NCBI GenBank assembly: GCA_051294905.1
Contig: CM119372.1
Location: forward strand, 14,200,001 to 14,264,000
Length of the DNA: 64,000 bases
Origin: Botryllus schlosseri
Lineage: Eukaryota
Direction of reading: 5' to 3'
A program made the translations under genes and the position numbers. This document shows positions 35,863-49,291 of the stretch, piece after piece (the stretch's first letter is position 1; every line of letters begins with the position of its first letter). Under the pieces are notes generated by a model. That model was not told where the DNA came from, searched no databases, and was given only the letters and a program-made list of their open reading frames with translations.

Positions 35863-38644
35863 GCACTAATGAATATTTGCGTCACAATAACACATCTGTC
35901 AATTTATATATACATTGTGTTAATCGAAAATACTTAGTCAATCAATCAAACAAACTCCAATTTGGCCTATTAATATAGTAAAAATGGAAGAATGTGTTGA
36001 AAGAGAAAGAGGCATGCACCAAAATCAATACGAGCTCGATCGCCAGTATTGATCCAGAACAAACTGCTTGTATTTAGACTTGGAAGTGGTTAAACTCGCG
36101 GATGCTCATGATATTCCGAAGAATGCTGTTTGACACTTTTATTCAATGTTTTAAATTACTATAATTCAAGCATATCTGATGGTAATTCAACGACGAGGAT
36201 TCAAGTGTATAGAGTACTTATACTCATTAGATTCCACATTGAAGTCGTCAAATGCAGCAGGACAGAGACTGCAAAAAGTCATTGAATGCAGCAGGACAAA
36301 GACCGCAATTGAACTACTGCAAGTTCAGCATGAATTACAATGAAAACACATCGGCCCATCAAGAATGTGAAACAGTATTTCGACGGCTTATCAGACAGTC
36401 ATCGAGCAGGTCTACTTTCAAGTCGAAATAAAAGCAGTTTCTACTGAATGTATACTAGTCAGCCCTCGAGATTACCAAACTATGATCTGACATATCAACT
36501 TTGCCTACCGCGATCAACACGACTCATCCATTTTTATCACTTGTCATTTTATGTCATCTTCTGTCACTTTTCATTCAGTGTGCATTTGTCTTGTTTACAT
36601 ACTCTAGGCCACGGTGGGTGTCTGATTAAATGACTACCCCAAATCGTTACAATACACTCCTATTTTCTCATTATATTGCAAACTTGTGCGGATAAAAATA
36701 TCAAAAACTGACTGACTCTGACTACAGCAATTTCTAGCTTCCTGGTATATTCTTCGCTAGTCCGTTACAAAGTAAGCACCCAAGTCATACCGAATGGTCT
36801 AGAACCGTAACATTCAAGATACGTGATGGCATTGGCCCATGATATAAGTGACCGTACCCGGACAGAATCCTTCAGACTGTGACGCCGCTCGTTCAAAATT
36901 TCCTCAGCGCAGCCGAGCCTGGTCGAAGCTTTTTGTGCTGCTTCGAGGTTGCCAACTAACTTACATGGTCGCACAGTAGTCATAATAATCACCTTGCCAG
37001 GTAGTCATTTATTCGGTTTATTAGCATTTATTTATCAGTTCAATACAACACAAAAATTGCGATACTATGAAAAGAGAGGAAGGTGTCGAAACGACTTGGA
37101 GTAGGCTTTGGAATCAGACACCCACCTTGGCCTAGGCGATGTAAAGAGGAGGCATGCGCATTGCACACTGAATGAAAAGTAAAAGAAGTCAATTAATATA
37201 ATAGTATAATAATAATATAAAAGTAGTCATTTAGTTCCGATAACTGTTTCCAGTCAACAGTATGCGGCGTGGTCGATTTTACATTACTTCTCTGGAACGA
37301 TGTTGGTCATTGATCAATGAGGATTGAAGTAGCGCGCGAATGGCGAAATCTTCAAGTTGATTACTTCGTGAAGCATTCTTTGTCGACTCGTGCGGACTGC
37401 GGAGCAACTTTTGGCCGGACGAATTGCTGTATCTCGCCACATTCATGCCTCGGCAAAAATATTTGCACGGCTAGCTACGGTACAGTTGTTTTCATCGCCG
37501 ACTCACCTGGCGTGATACGTTGAAATGAATAAATTGTTTGAGTTCGTAATATCCATCACAACGCTATGCTATGCCATCAGTGCATTCAGCTTTGGTGAAA
37601 AAAAATCCAGCCTTATTGTAGTATCATCCAATCAATTCCAAGTCATTTAACAGCATGCGAGTTGACGCTAATTTTACATTCTGCTGATTGCAGAATTTCT
37701 GGTAGACATAATTTACCATCATTGAACCAATATGCGTATAAATACAACCGGGTTACCATATTTTAGAATCGGGAAGCAGGACACTTTTACTAGAGTTTAG
37801 TAAAAAACAGTGTTGGGATCAAGTCACTACCTTCGAGTCACGAGTCATCTCGAGTCATTGCACATTTTGACTCGAGTCAAGTCAAGTCAATCGATTTGCA
37901 AAGGTGACTCGAGTCAAGTCAAGTCACTCGTTTTTTGGAGGTGACTCGAGTCAAGTCGAGTCAAGTCAAGTCAAGTCACGAGTCAAGTCAAGATTCAAGT
38001 CAAATCTAATTTTCGAAGTAAAAGGGATGATGCAAAGTTATTACATTTTGCAGACTGGGTGAAAGTATAGAGTATGACTGGAGTGACGACTCGATTGTTC
38101 TCCCATTGTTAGCCGGCAGAATGGTCACGGTCAGATGGATCCACCCAAAACAGGATCGCTCAGTGCTTGTTTCAATGGCGTTCAAGGCGATTCGTCATGT
38201 ATTTCTTGAAGTTGCGTCGGTATTAGTTAGACAGCTCAACATTTAGGTAGCGGTGGCGAGTCGTTATGACTAGTGAATAATACTGTGTAGCCTATGTTAC
38301 ATTTCTCACGAGATTGATGTGATATTGTGGCTTTGATCCTTTGTAGAGTTTGCTACGTATATGAATATAATGACAGAAGGAAAAGATTCTATATAGAATA
38401 TCTGGTTCGTGTGCATTGGCTATTGTGAGATGAATTCATGGAAAGAAAGACTGAAGAATACTACAGAGTGAACAAGTGGAAAGATCTTGAACTATACCGA
38501 TATGCAATTCACGATATCGTTGATTGAAAATATGTCCTATATGTACTGCAGAAACTCGAGTATGAATATAACAAATAATATTGCAACTGTCTTGTAGTCT
38601 TATATAATGCCTGTCCGATAACCGCAGAAACTGAGTATGACTAG

Positions 38645-39966
38645 CAGGACCGTAACTGCCGCACCCCAAACCCCCCAATTGGGCAGGGCGCGAGCTCGAA
38701 GGGGGCCCAAAATTATTTCGCGAATTAGCATAAATTATTGAGTATTTTTCAAAAATTTATGCAACTTTTTCAAAAAATTTTTGCGCTGCGTGTGATTTCA
38801 AGTTGCCAACTTTCTTAGCTATTTGGTAGCCTACTCTTCCACAAGACAAAATACGCAAGATTTATCGAAATGGACATATCGGCGAGACATTTAAAGTTTT
38901 AGAACATGTAACATGCGACTCTAAGAAGTGTGCCAGAACGATCGGCAGCAAGAAAACCTGGGCCAAAAAGAACTGTCCGCTTACGCTGACTGAAAACTTC
39001 GTTATATATGCAAAATGCATATAGGTTTAATTTTCCATAGGCGTCTAAATGACTGGCGCCGAATGTTCCTGTCTTGGCAATCTGAACCTCAGAAGACAAA
39101 TACCATAATCCGCAGGGACAAATTGTATGCCCATTGCCCATAAAGAAATACCAATTTGAAATCACGTGCGTCGTTAGTCTAGTACATTTGGGCGATTCTG
39201 TATTTTTTGATATAACAGACAGGAGATCACGAAATGACATCATGAAACGAAGTCATACCAACGGGGCCGCCCGCCCGAATATGTTTAATTATTATTTATG
39301 GGCCCTACAGTTTCCAAGCCACTTCATTCAGCTCTACCGGCAAATCTGACAACGTGAACAAGAAATTGATAGCAATATATATGCAATTCCCAATATTATT
39401 GACCGATTTTATCATGAATTATCGAATATTTTCGCGCTGGCTCACTAAACTGTGGCCCTTATTTCGTGACAAAAGCGAACAACGTGATGAGGGGGGGGGG
39501 GGCGGTTTATCACCCTATGGGAGCCCAACACCCAAGTTTTATTGGGGGGGGGGCTGGCCAAGTGCTGTTTCGTTCCTGCGAACGGGTACAAGCCCGAAGA
39601 TGTTCAATTATTATTGAGGGCTCCTACCATTTCAAACACACCTCACTCAGGTCTACCGTTAAATCTGATTACGTGAACAGAGAGAGGATAAAAATTGATA
39701 ACAATATATATTCAATTCCCGATCATATTGACCGGTTAATTCATGAATTTTGAAATTTTCCGCGCTTTGCGCGTGTGGACGACCAAAGCTGCCCCACTAA
39801 ACGGACGGTGAACACAGATGATGAGCAGCGGTACACAGCGTATAGCCAATGGGGGGTCTGGGGGGGGGGGGGGGGGCGAGGCCCCCAGAAGTTCGGTTTA
39901 TCACCCTATGAGGGGCCCATGACTAATGTTTTTTGGGGGGGCTGACGAAGTGCGGTTACGGCCCTG
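38645..39966. mobile_element. CAGGGCCGTAAC hAT-like element with G tracts and an internal duplication, nested in the P-like element
   Basis: caggaccgtaac ... gttacggccctg; exact TSD atgactag. Confidence 0.88.
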
Positions 39967-40254
39967 ATGACTAGAATAAGAGCCTTGTGTAATGTTAATG
40001 TTCTGCTTGAGCTCGACTCACAATAGCCAGAGCTTACTTCTTGAAAGTGTGCAAAATCGCACTTGAAGGGAACTCGTTGTCATTGCCAAGAACACAGTTA
40101 GACGTCTGCCGGTCGACATTAGTAGTAAGCCAATGCACCACGTCAAGGTTTCGACCAACGCATTGGTTTTCTTTTTTTAGGTAGGGAACCTCAATGTGGA
40201 TAGGCAGCATTTGCCACAGAGAGAAAAAACTACCATACTAAAAGAGCATATTGT

Positions 40255-41281
40255 TCATTTTTTTTTCAAGCCATCTCGCAAACTTTTGGAAAATTTGGAG
40301 GACTTTTTTTGCTTCTCATGCAATGCAAACTTTGCAAAATTGTGAGACAAGATGTTATTCAAGTGTCACATCGCCTTGTCCATGACATCCTCAACCTCAT
40401 TTAGGCCTGAGCCAGATTGACACAGTATGAATTAATTTGTTAAAGAAATGGATCACAGTGAATTGCGTCAAGTACCCTGAAAAAATTGATCTTTTTCAGG
40501 GGTTTTGCCATTTCTTTACTGTGGATAACATAAAAGCGGAGAACCATGCCATGAAACTGTTCGGACGGGCTCTTCAATCCACCGACTTTCTTCTGCATCA
40601 CTTTAATGAGGTTTCCCGATGGCGCTGCGGATGTTAGGCATGTGGCAATTGCTTCGTTAGCTTGCTTAGAAATGGCTCCCAAAAGCACTCCACCAATATA
40701 TTCAAGTATGTCTAAAAACATGTCAAAGTTTTTCCGTGGAAAGGCAAAGTATCAAAGGCTATTTACTTACCAGATTCCTTGCTGTTGACTCCTCCAATCT
40801 CTGTGATTGGATCCTGTTCTTTACTGCACACCAGAGAATCAAACATCTTCAAAAGTAATGCTGAAGCTGGCAATTGCGGCAAACCCAGCAACTTGTTAGC
40901 TTGGTGACGGATATTAGAATAATATTGATAAAATCCGTCAACACCAAGTTTGCAATATTCAGAATAGAGTTGTTTCACCAATGGAACAGCTTTGATCACG
41001 TCTAGTTACTCGAATGATGGGGCGCATTCAAAGTATTTTTTGGTATTTACACAAGCCCTCTTCAAAATAGCAATTACAGCATCCTGAGATATCTCCCAAG
41101 TACTGGTGGGAGCTTCATGATTTTTGTAATGTTTTTTCAGAGCTTTCACAGTCGGAAAGGATGCTTCGCATTCCTCACAAATCACACCTTTCCAGTTATC
41201 GAGTCCTTCGAAACATTCTTCAATTTCCATTTCAGTCAGTCCCTCCCAGTCATCCCAAAGTGATGCAGCTGAATCAGTCAT
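40255..41281 (-). pseudogene. Transposon-borne gene: C2H2 zinc finger plus P-transposase C-terminal-like domain, one 59-bp intron (40712-40770), several stops
   Basis: CEECEASFPTVKALKKHYKNH; spliced ESDILEYIGG...GGLKSPS...KSLRDGLKKK*; GTAAGT...TTTTTAG intron restores the frame. Confidence 0.7.
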
Positions 41282-41567
41282 GATACCGATCTCTATCCGT
41301 GACGAAATATGATCTAAATCTGGCAAAAAATATAACAGAGGCTACACGGTATTATTCACTAGTCATAACGACTCGCCACCGCTGCCTAAATGTTGAACTG
41401 TCTAACTAATTCCGACGCAACTTCAAGAAATACACGAAGAATCGCCTTAAACGCCATTGAAACAAGCACTGAGCGATCCTGTTTTGGGTGGATCCATCTG
41501 ACCGTGACCATTCTGCCGGCTAACAATGGGAGAACAATCGAGTCGTCACTCCAGTCATACTCTATAG

Positions 41568-43027
41568 CAGTGGTTCTCAACCTTTTTGGCTTCGCGGACC
41601 CCTTTTGACCGTCACGGACTCTCGCGGACCCCCTCAAGTTTTAGTTCAATTTTAGCTCTATTATGGTGCAACCTTCATATCTGTCTTGTGCAAATATGAA
41701 CTGTAGGCTTGTGATGAATAGCAAAATAATGATTTTTCATGCAAATAACATCATACTATTTATGTAGAAGTTGGTAAACTTTTATTATTTCAAAGCTACT
41801 TTTGCTGCTGTATTTCTTGAAGTATGTGGTCGTGTCTTGAAAATCCGCGTCTTCGTTTTGATATGAACGTGGAGTGCCGAAAACCATTTCCGCAAAGTTA
41901 GATGGGGGCTAATGTAATATTAACGCATAACGCTTCAACGTTACTTTTGGTGTGATCGCAACATTTATGGCACCAAAATGAAGAAACATATATTTTATGA
42001 ACATACCACGTCCAGCATCTAGCGCAGGGACGGGCAACAGACCGCGGGCCGGATTCGGCCCGCGACGGCATTTTGATCGGCCCGCAGAGAGTTTCTGTCG
42101 TCAAGGCAAAATCCTAATCTAAAAGTATAGACAAATTTTATGCGCCAAAGAATGGATCCAAGTTTTTCAACCTGAGAAAGACTGTCATGAAACTACTTGT
42201 TCTGTTCGGGTTTACATATATATTTACGAGCAAACATTTTCGATCATGAACAATTGAACATTAACAAGACAAGGCTGCATACCAATATAACTGGTGATAT
42301 GAATCTCAGGGTTGGAGCGTAATGCTTTGATAGCAACGAAACACTCCTTGTTCATCAAAAAACCAGCCTTGTCGATAGGGGATCCACAATAAAAATGCGC
42401 CAAATCTGATAGCCGAGCTTTAGGAGCAGGTATATCATTGTTCGATTTATGAAGGGTTTCAGCCAAAAATATTCGGGTTCATTTCAATATGAATATACTA
42501 TTCAATTGTATATTGAAGTTCTGTACCTCCAAGAAGCTGTTCAAATAGTGGTTATGTATATCACAGGATAAAATGGATGTTGTGGCGAGGTTTCAATCGC
42601 GGCATTGGGACAAATTAGGGAAATAATCCGGAAATTTTTATTTCAAACGACTGTTCACTAATTTAATGAGACTGACAACTTCAAATCGAGAAGGTTTCGC
42701 AGACATTACGAAGTCACCCTGATTGACGTTATTTTTATTTTTTCCACAAACCCCAACAACAAACAGCAATATGTTCGTATCAGCAGGTTAATGGAAAATT
42801 GGCAATGAAAATGAATTTCCACACTACGTTCATGTCAGACGATTATTACGATGATATGAGTCATGAGGTTTTAGCAGTTGTTGTGCGAAACTGCCTCATG
42901 CTTTCTCAAATAAAAAAAATTAAAAATAAGAATATCAACCATACTAAAAATTTAGAGGTCTCGCGGACCCCCTGAAATTGCTTCGCGGGCCCCTAGGGGT
43001 CCGCGGACCCCCGGTTGAGAACCGCTG
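41568..43027. mobile_element. CAGTGGTTCTCAACC hAT MITE containing a CAGGGACGGGCAAC end (~42025) and a rearranged Penelope-related fragment (~42295-42510)
   Basis: cgcggacccc subterminal motifs; exact TSD ctctatag; 42461-42510 matches the reverse complement of 3152-3203. Confidence 0.88.
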
Positions 43028-43859
43028 CTCTATAGTGAAAGACAGACGAAGTGGCCATTATCTTGAATCAAATAACGAATATAAAGTTAGATATACACGC
43101 AAAAAGGTGTGGAACTGCTAATAAATGCATGCTACAGTCTGTTATTATGACGATCAGCCAATATAGAGGATCGAATACGAAGCCTCGAGAAGTTGAACAA
43201 ATTTATGTGGTACATACACAATACACAATACAATACACTACCATCCCACCAAAACATTCATGAGAATATAAACGCATAAGCTATATTCGTCCGATTTAAA
43301 TCATACACGAGTGTTGGTAAAGGTGAGCACTGCGCAATGTAAGAAGTGAGCTGTACAAGAACAAAGATACGTTGCTATTAGATTTCTGCTGCTACTACGA
43401 CAACGTAAACTGTGATCGTTGCGTTTGCGTTCAATTTATTTGTGATGTAACAATGAAAGATCAGTTAAACGTACAAGAATTGAATGACTGGTTGCTCTCA
43501 CAAGTGACACTGGCGTATCGCGAACAAACCGAACGTAGGCCTACACAAGATAAGGTTGATTTTATCGACATCGTTTACTTAATGACTTGAAATTGACTCG
43601 TAAATTTTGCTCCGAGTCACGAGTCAAACCACATTTCTGAGGCGCCGAGTCAAGTCAAGTCAAGTCATTTTTGCAAAGTGACTCGAGTCAAGTCAAGTCA
43701 TAAGAAAAAGTTGACTCGAGTCTGACTCGAGTCAAGTCATGACTCGAGTCATCCCAACACTGGTAAAAAAGGTCATCACTTTTGTTGACTCCCTATTTAG
43801 ACACTTGTTACTTGAATTTTGTGGTGTTGACTAAGAAAAAAAGCCGTAACTTTCGATCG

Positions 43860-46777
43860 ATTCCCGAATTACCCGCTCGAACGTCCGTATTTGCTGTTTA
43901 GGGTCATTTACATTGAAGAAAAAATTCCTTACGAAATTTGCACGGACTACGATCTGAATGTCAAAGATTGCGAAGAGCGATGGCTGGAAGTTGATCACCC
44001 AATTGGAATTCACAAATCTTTTCTTGTGGCCGTATTATACCGTCATCCCACGAAAAACATGAACCAATTCGCAAAAGCGTTGGAGCGCTCACTGGACAAA
44101 GTCAACAGCGACAAAAAGATGTGTTTCATTGCGGGAGATATTAAAACACAAAGGCAACGCATACTCCAACGCCGTCAAATCCGCCGGTCTCTACCAAATG
44201 ATCACCGAGGTTACACGCATAACCGAAAAGTCAAGGACTTTGATCGACCACATATATACCAACTCGCGCGACATGGAAATCATTCCATTTGTCATTTCGG
44301 CAAAAATCAGTGACCACAACCATATTGGTTTTCTATCACAAGAACAACAAAGGACACCCCCCCCCCCCCCGAAACATATCACCTCTGCAGACGACGAGAA
44401 GCGCTCGATGATGCCGCATTCAATCAATTTAAAACATCAGCCATCCCCCACATCTCCGTAAACAACTTTGACGAAAAATTTGTTGAGTTTATGTCTGCTA
44501 TCAAATCACTGCTGGAACAATTTGCACCTCTACAGCGCCTTTCGAGAAGTCAAAGAAAATTGAAGCGAAATCCGTGGATAACCACAAAGCTGATTCAACT
44601 CATCCGTAAACGTAACCGGTGGCATAACCGAATAGACACCAAGAACTGCCCAGAACATGAACGAGAAAGATTTCGACGTTTCAGGAATCGCACCGTGCAT
44701 CTCATTTCCAAGGCAAAAGCAAAGTACAATGAGAGATTTTTCAACAGACACATAAAAGACACTCGAAAAACATGGTCAGTACTTAGAACTCTCTCCGACA
44801 TCGAAAACAAGGCCATAAGTCTGTTTCGGAAATTGTGAATTCGGATACCGGAAACAAACTTTCAGACTCGGCGGCCATCGCGAATCACTTCAATGAATAT
44901 TTTTGTAACGTATAGGCCCAAATATTGCTTCTTCTATTACAAAACCTGTGTCGGCCAGGTCAGAGGTGAGATCGATATCCCAGTCAATTGTGCTTGAACC
45001 TACGACCAAATACGAAGTAGAAGTAGCCATCCACAAACTGAAATCGCACAAGGCCGACGGCTATGACCAAATCCCATCATGGTTTTTAAAAATGATAAGC
45101 CTACATATCGGTCAATATATGGCCCATTTTTTCAACTTCATGATAGAAAATGGAGTCTACCCAAGCTATCTAAAAAAAGCCAGAGTAGTCCCTGTACACA
45201 AAGCTGGGGATAGAACTAATGTCACCAACTACCGTCCGATATCCGTTCTCCCATGCATCGGGATTGTATTCGAAAAGTTGCTCCTCTCCCGCCTGTCCTC
45301 ATTCCTCGCCAAAATGTCTGTCATTTCCCCTCAACAATTTGGCTTCCGAAACACACCAAACCGCTCATGCCCTCCTAACAGTGGCCGAACAGTACTATGA
45401 TATCTCAGAGAAGCGAAATGTGGGATGTAGCATTTTTCTCGACCTAAAAAAAGCGTTTGACTGCGTAGATCATAAAATTCTCATCTCGAAATTGGCGCGT
45501 TACGGACTTCGGGGCCCACAACTTGAGTTCATGAAAAGTTACCTCACTGGACGCCAACAAATGGTTGCGATCTCAGACACCTTGTCCTCTTCTCACCCGG
45601 TGACCTGTGGTGTGCCCCAGGGCTCAGTACTTGGACCGGTCCTTTTCACCTTATATGTCAACGACATTTTTGAAACCTCCTCATTGAACACCACACTGTT
45701 CGCTGATGATACTCACCTCCTCTCTTCCGCATCTTCGACGGCAGAGCTGGATGCCCTGACTGGTGACCAAATGCCCAAAGTCCATGAGTGGACGGCCCAG
45801 AACAACCTTTGCATAAACGCCTCGAAATCGCAATTGCTGACAGTAAATTCAAAAAATAACCTAACCGTTAATATCGCTGGTCAGCCCGTTTCCAACACAA
45901 ATATCTTGGAGTTTTACTGGACTCGAACATGTCCTGGAAGAGTCATATTCAGTCCCTAGAAACTAAATTATCACCGAAGTGCGGCCTGTTTTACAGCCTT
46001 GGGCGCTTCATGCCAGCATGGGTTCTTCTGATACTCTTTAAATCCTTAATCCAATCGAAGTTACATTATGGCATCCTCTGTTGGGGGGCTGCCAGTAAAA
46101 CTGCACTCAAGCCACTGCAGAAACTACAGCATAAAGTACTCCGAATCATAGCTAGGGCTCCAAAGGGGCCTGGCTGCCCATCCAATAAGTCGCTGCTGAA
46201 GAGATTTGGCGTCCTAAACATAGAAGATATGCGGAAACTAGAAATCGCCAAGTTTATGTATCAGTTTCACTGCGGTCGTTGCCCCGAATATTTCAATGAC
46301 TTCTTTACCTCTGAATCAAAAGCGCACAAGTACAACACACGCGCGTCCACGTCGTCCAAATATCATATGATCGACCGAAAAGATCATCGCTCCATCAAAT
46401 ATGCCGGACCTGATGTGTGGAACAGTATCCCGCCGGCCATCCGACAGTCGACGAGCATGTCCACATTCAAGTCGAAATACAAGCAATTACTACTAAATAA
46501 ATACAGTCCATCCTCAAGATTACCGGACCACAACTGACCTATCGATCTTGCTTCCCATGACATGCCGCCCTATTTCTTGTCGCATTTTTCTATACAATCT
46601 TCTTTACTTTCATTCAGTGTGCATGCCTACTCTTTACATCGCCTAGGCCAAGGTGGGTGTCAGATTCCATAGACTACTCCTTGTCGCTTCGACATCTTCC
46701 TGTCTTTTCATTGTATCGCATTTTTTGTGGTGTATTGAACTGATAAAATTGCTAATAAACCAATGATGATGATTATG
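43860..46777 (+). mobile_element. 5'-truncated, frameshifted non-LTR retrotransposon (CR1/L2 group, Crack/Daphne-like): APE plus RT
   Basis: YRHP, AGD, TR...SRTLIDHIY, SDH (APE); NYRPIS, FLDLKKAFD, GVPQGSVLGPVLF, FADDT (RT); WNSIP C-terminus; (GAT)n tail; 5' boundary approximate. Confidence 0.92.
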
Positions 46778-46922
46778 CATTATGCCCATTTTCAGTCGAA
46801 CCTTTCCATTATCGTACCTGTAGAAGCTGTAAAGGTCGAATCGCCAAAAAGGAGGACATTTAGGCGTCCTTGAAGGACATTTTCAAACACCTGAAAAAGG
46901 ATAACGTATGGTAACCCTAGGT

Positions 46923-47631
46923 CAGTGGTTCTTAATCGGGGGTCCGCGAAACTTCTAAATTTGTAAAATTATTGAAAACATAATTTGTAAGTTTTTTAAA
47001 CTAGAGAAATCATGTGACAGTTTTGCCTCAAAACTGGTGAAACTTCAGCAGGAGTCAATCAACAGAAGGCTGTCTGGGATAAAATATCCTACTGTGCCAA
47101 TTCATTTTAATTCCCAATAGCCTACTGATACAAACATATTGTAGCTGTTCCTATGTTACATGTTGGGGTTTGTGGAATAAATATAAAGTTGGAGTAGTAA
47201 GGTTCGAATTGTTTGCAAAACACTTTTGATTTAAAGTTGTTAGTCACAGCAAATTAGTGAACAGTCGTTTGAAATAGAAATTCCTGAAGTCTCTCCTAAT
47301 CTGTACAAATATAGGGATTGAAACCTCGCCGCGAAATCCGTTTTCTCTTGTGATGTTCATAACCATACTATTCCAGAATAATTTCAAGATGAGCTGGTAG
47401 ACGAAAATGACTAGGGTGGAAATGATATGTATCTCAATTTTAGTGCACTATATGTTGCAATCATAGATAAATGTGTCTTCGGAAGCTTTACGAGTTGATA
47501 ATACATTCGTCAACATTTTTGCAAAGACGGATTACAACTGCACGTTAATGACCTAAATTTGAAATAAAGCTTGTGGGGGTCTGTGACGGTACAAAAGGGG
47601 TCTGCGAAGACAAAAAGGTTGAGAACCACTG
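46923..47631. mobile_element. CAGTGGTTCT hAT MITE
   Basis: cagtggttctta ... tgagaaccactg; TSD ccctaggt/ctctaggt. Confidence 0.8.
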
Positions 47632-49291
47632 CTCTAGGTTATTATAGCGGGTTAGCCCATGTTCCCAAAGGATTTGGAATGGGGAGAAGGCCGTGACATA
47701 ACTTGACGACGCCAGAAAAATTGATCGAGATATTTTTTCCAAAATTTTACCATCATAGTCATGTCCAACACACAGCTGTTCACTGCCATGCATACAGGGT
47801 TGTAGTGAGTCGATTCATTACTTCAAAAAAGGACTCGATATAGATCATAGTTTGTATTGACTCAACCTGTCTAAGTCACTGAATCGCGATATTCTAATAA
47901 GACTTGGCTTAGTCATATAATTTGATGGATTCTTCCGTGTGGCTATAACATTGGATGATGATTCTTGGCATCATCACTAAATGAGTATGGAATGGAATTG
48001 GGTTGCAATTACATTGTGTGCATGGGGTTTTCGATGTCCCAGAATCGAACAAAGGAGGCGATGCATCATGGCATTTCAAAGTCTAAAACTTGATATTTTA
48101 AATTGAATTGTAAATAATCGGCATTCGCTGTTTATAACCTTCAGAGTAGGGAAGCCAAGCTTTTTGACCAAAGGGCCACATTCGGATTCTAAACCATTGC
48201 ACGGGCCCCTTGATAATTGACGACTTTTTGTTGTAAGCTAGATTAGGTAATAGTGAACGCAAGACTTATCTTACTATGCACCAAAATCGCTTATATTTAT
48301 ATCATGAAGAATCAGCATGCACTTTGCATTCATACTGCAGCCGCGTGAAGTGCAACATGCGACATCATTTTATTGCGGACGATTCTTATGTGAGCCCACT
48401 CGCGTAGTCGCATGTTTGACGACACTATAGATATCTTGGTGTGACCTGATTCGGAGATGGCTAGTGCCGAAATGCTGATCCCGCAGGCTGCACTGGGCTG
48501 CAACGGCGTCAAGTTTTTTTTCATAGTTGCGAGTTTCTAATACAGTTAGACTAAGTTCTTTATACTAGGCATATCTTTCAATTTTTCAGGACTGTTACTA
48601 AAAGAGTGAAATCTGGAGGCACATAGCCAGGTGACATATTCAGTGACGGCAATCTAGATGAAATAATATCGTGTAAATGACTCTTGGTGCTAAGCAACAA
48701 ACAGTCTTTTACGCGACCTTTTAAAATGCAGCACAAGTCGATAATATCAGAGAACTTTGTCTGGGGCTAAACCCTACTTGAATCAGTTGATCAAAAGTTC
48801 GTATATTGCATAATGCATATATTAATGGATTTGCAGTAAAGAACATATTGTTGTATTCAAAATTGTTTGAAACCTGTCAACTATCACATAGTGACATCTA
48901 TTCTTCTACAAACTGGGTGGAATATTTGGATAAGAGTCTCACTAAATATAAAAGGTAAAACCTTTCATATTTGGAGAGACATCAGTAACAAGTAGCCTAC
49001 ATCTAACCGTTTGAAACATTCTCGACATGCACAAGTTCCTGACAGCAGGGTACAGAAATTTTTGTTCTTACTATGACGGGCTTGCTTCCCATCGATAGCA
49101 AAATAAAACATGAGTAAATTTACGCGGAATAGTAAAAATACGGCATACGCTTCAAATTAAATAAAAGGCAGAGTGATATAAACATGGATGCATAAATGAA
49201 CCGCTCACCATTAACGGAATTATCATTTATGTTGCTATACTCAGAAAAAAAGTTGATAAAATTTTAATAGGTGTACCCTCAATGGCTTTGT

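Larger units (their letters stand above)
38066..41566 (-). mobile_element. P-superfamily-like (Galileo-type) element with ~240-bp TIRs and 7-bp TSD
   Basis: 38066-38304 is an inverted repeat of ~41327-41566; termini TATAGAG...CTCTATA; TSD gtgaaag at 38059-38065 and, after removing the 41568 MITE, at 43035-43041. Confidence 0.8.
37808..43762 (+). mobile_element. CAGTGTTGGGAT element, copy 3, expanded by nested insertions
   Basis: Exact TSD gtaaaaaa at 37800-37807 and 43763-43770. Confidence 0.92.
37750..46919. mobile_element. Outer TAGGGTTACC-family element hosting a ~9-kb nest of insertions
   Basis: gggttaccatatttt at 37750, family sequence resumes at 43763-43855 and ends tatggtaacccta at 46919; no TSD recognised. 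Confidence 0.55.

Noticed and set aside
36975..37006. Minus-strand ctacctggcaaggtgattattatga resembling the U1 snRNA 5' end
   Set aside because: Similarity stops after ~25 nt, no U1 loop II or Sm site, and it abuts a LINE tail
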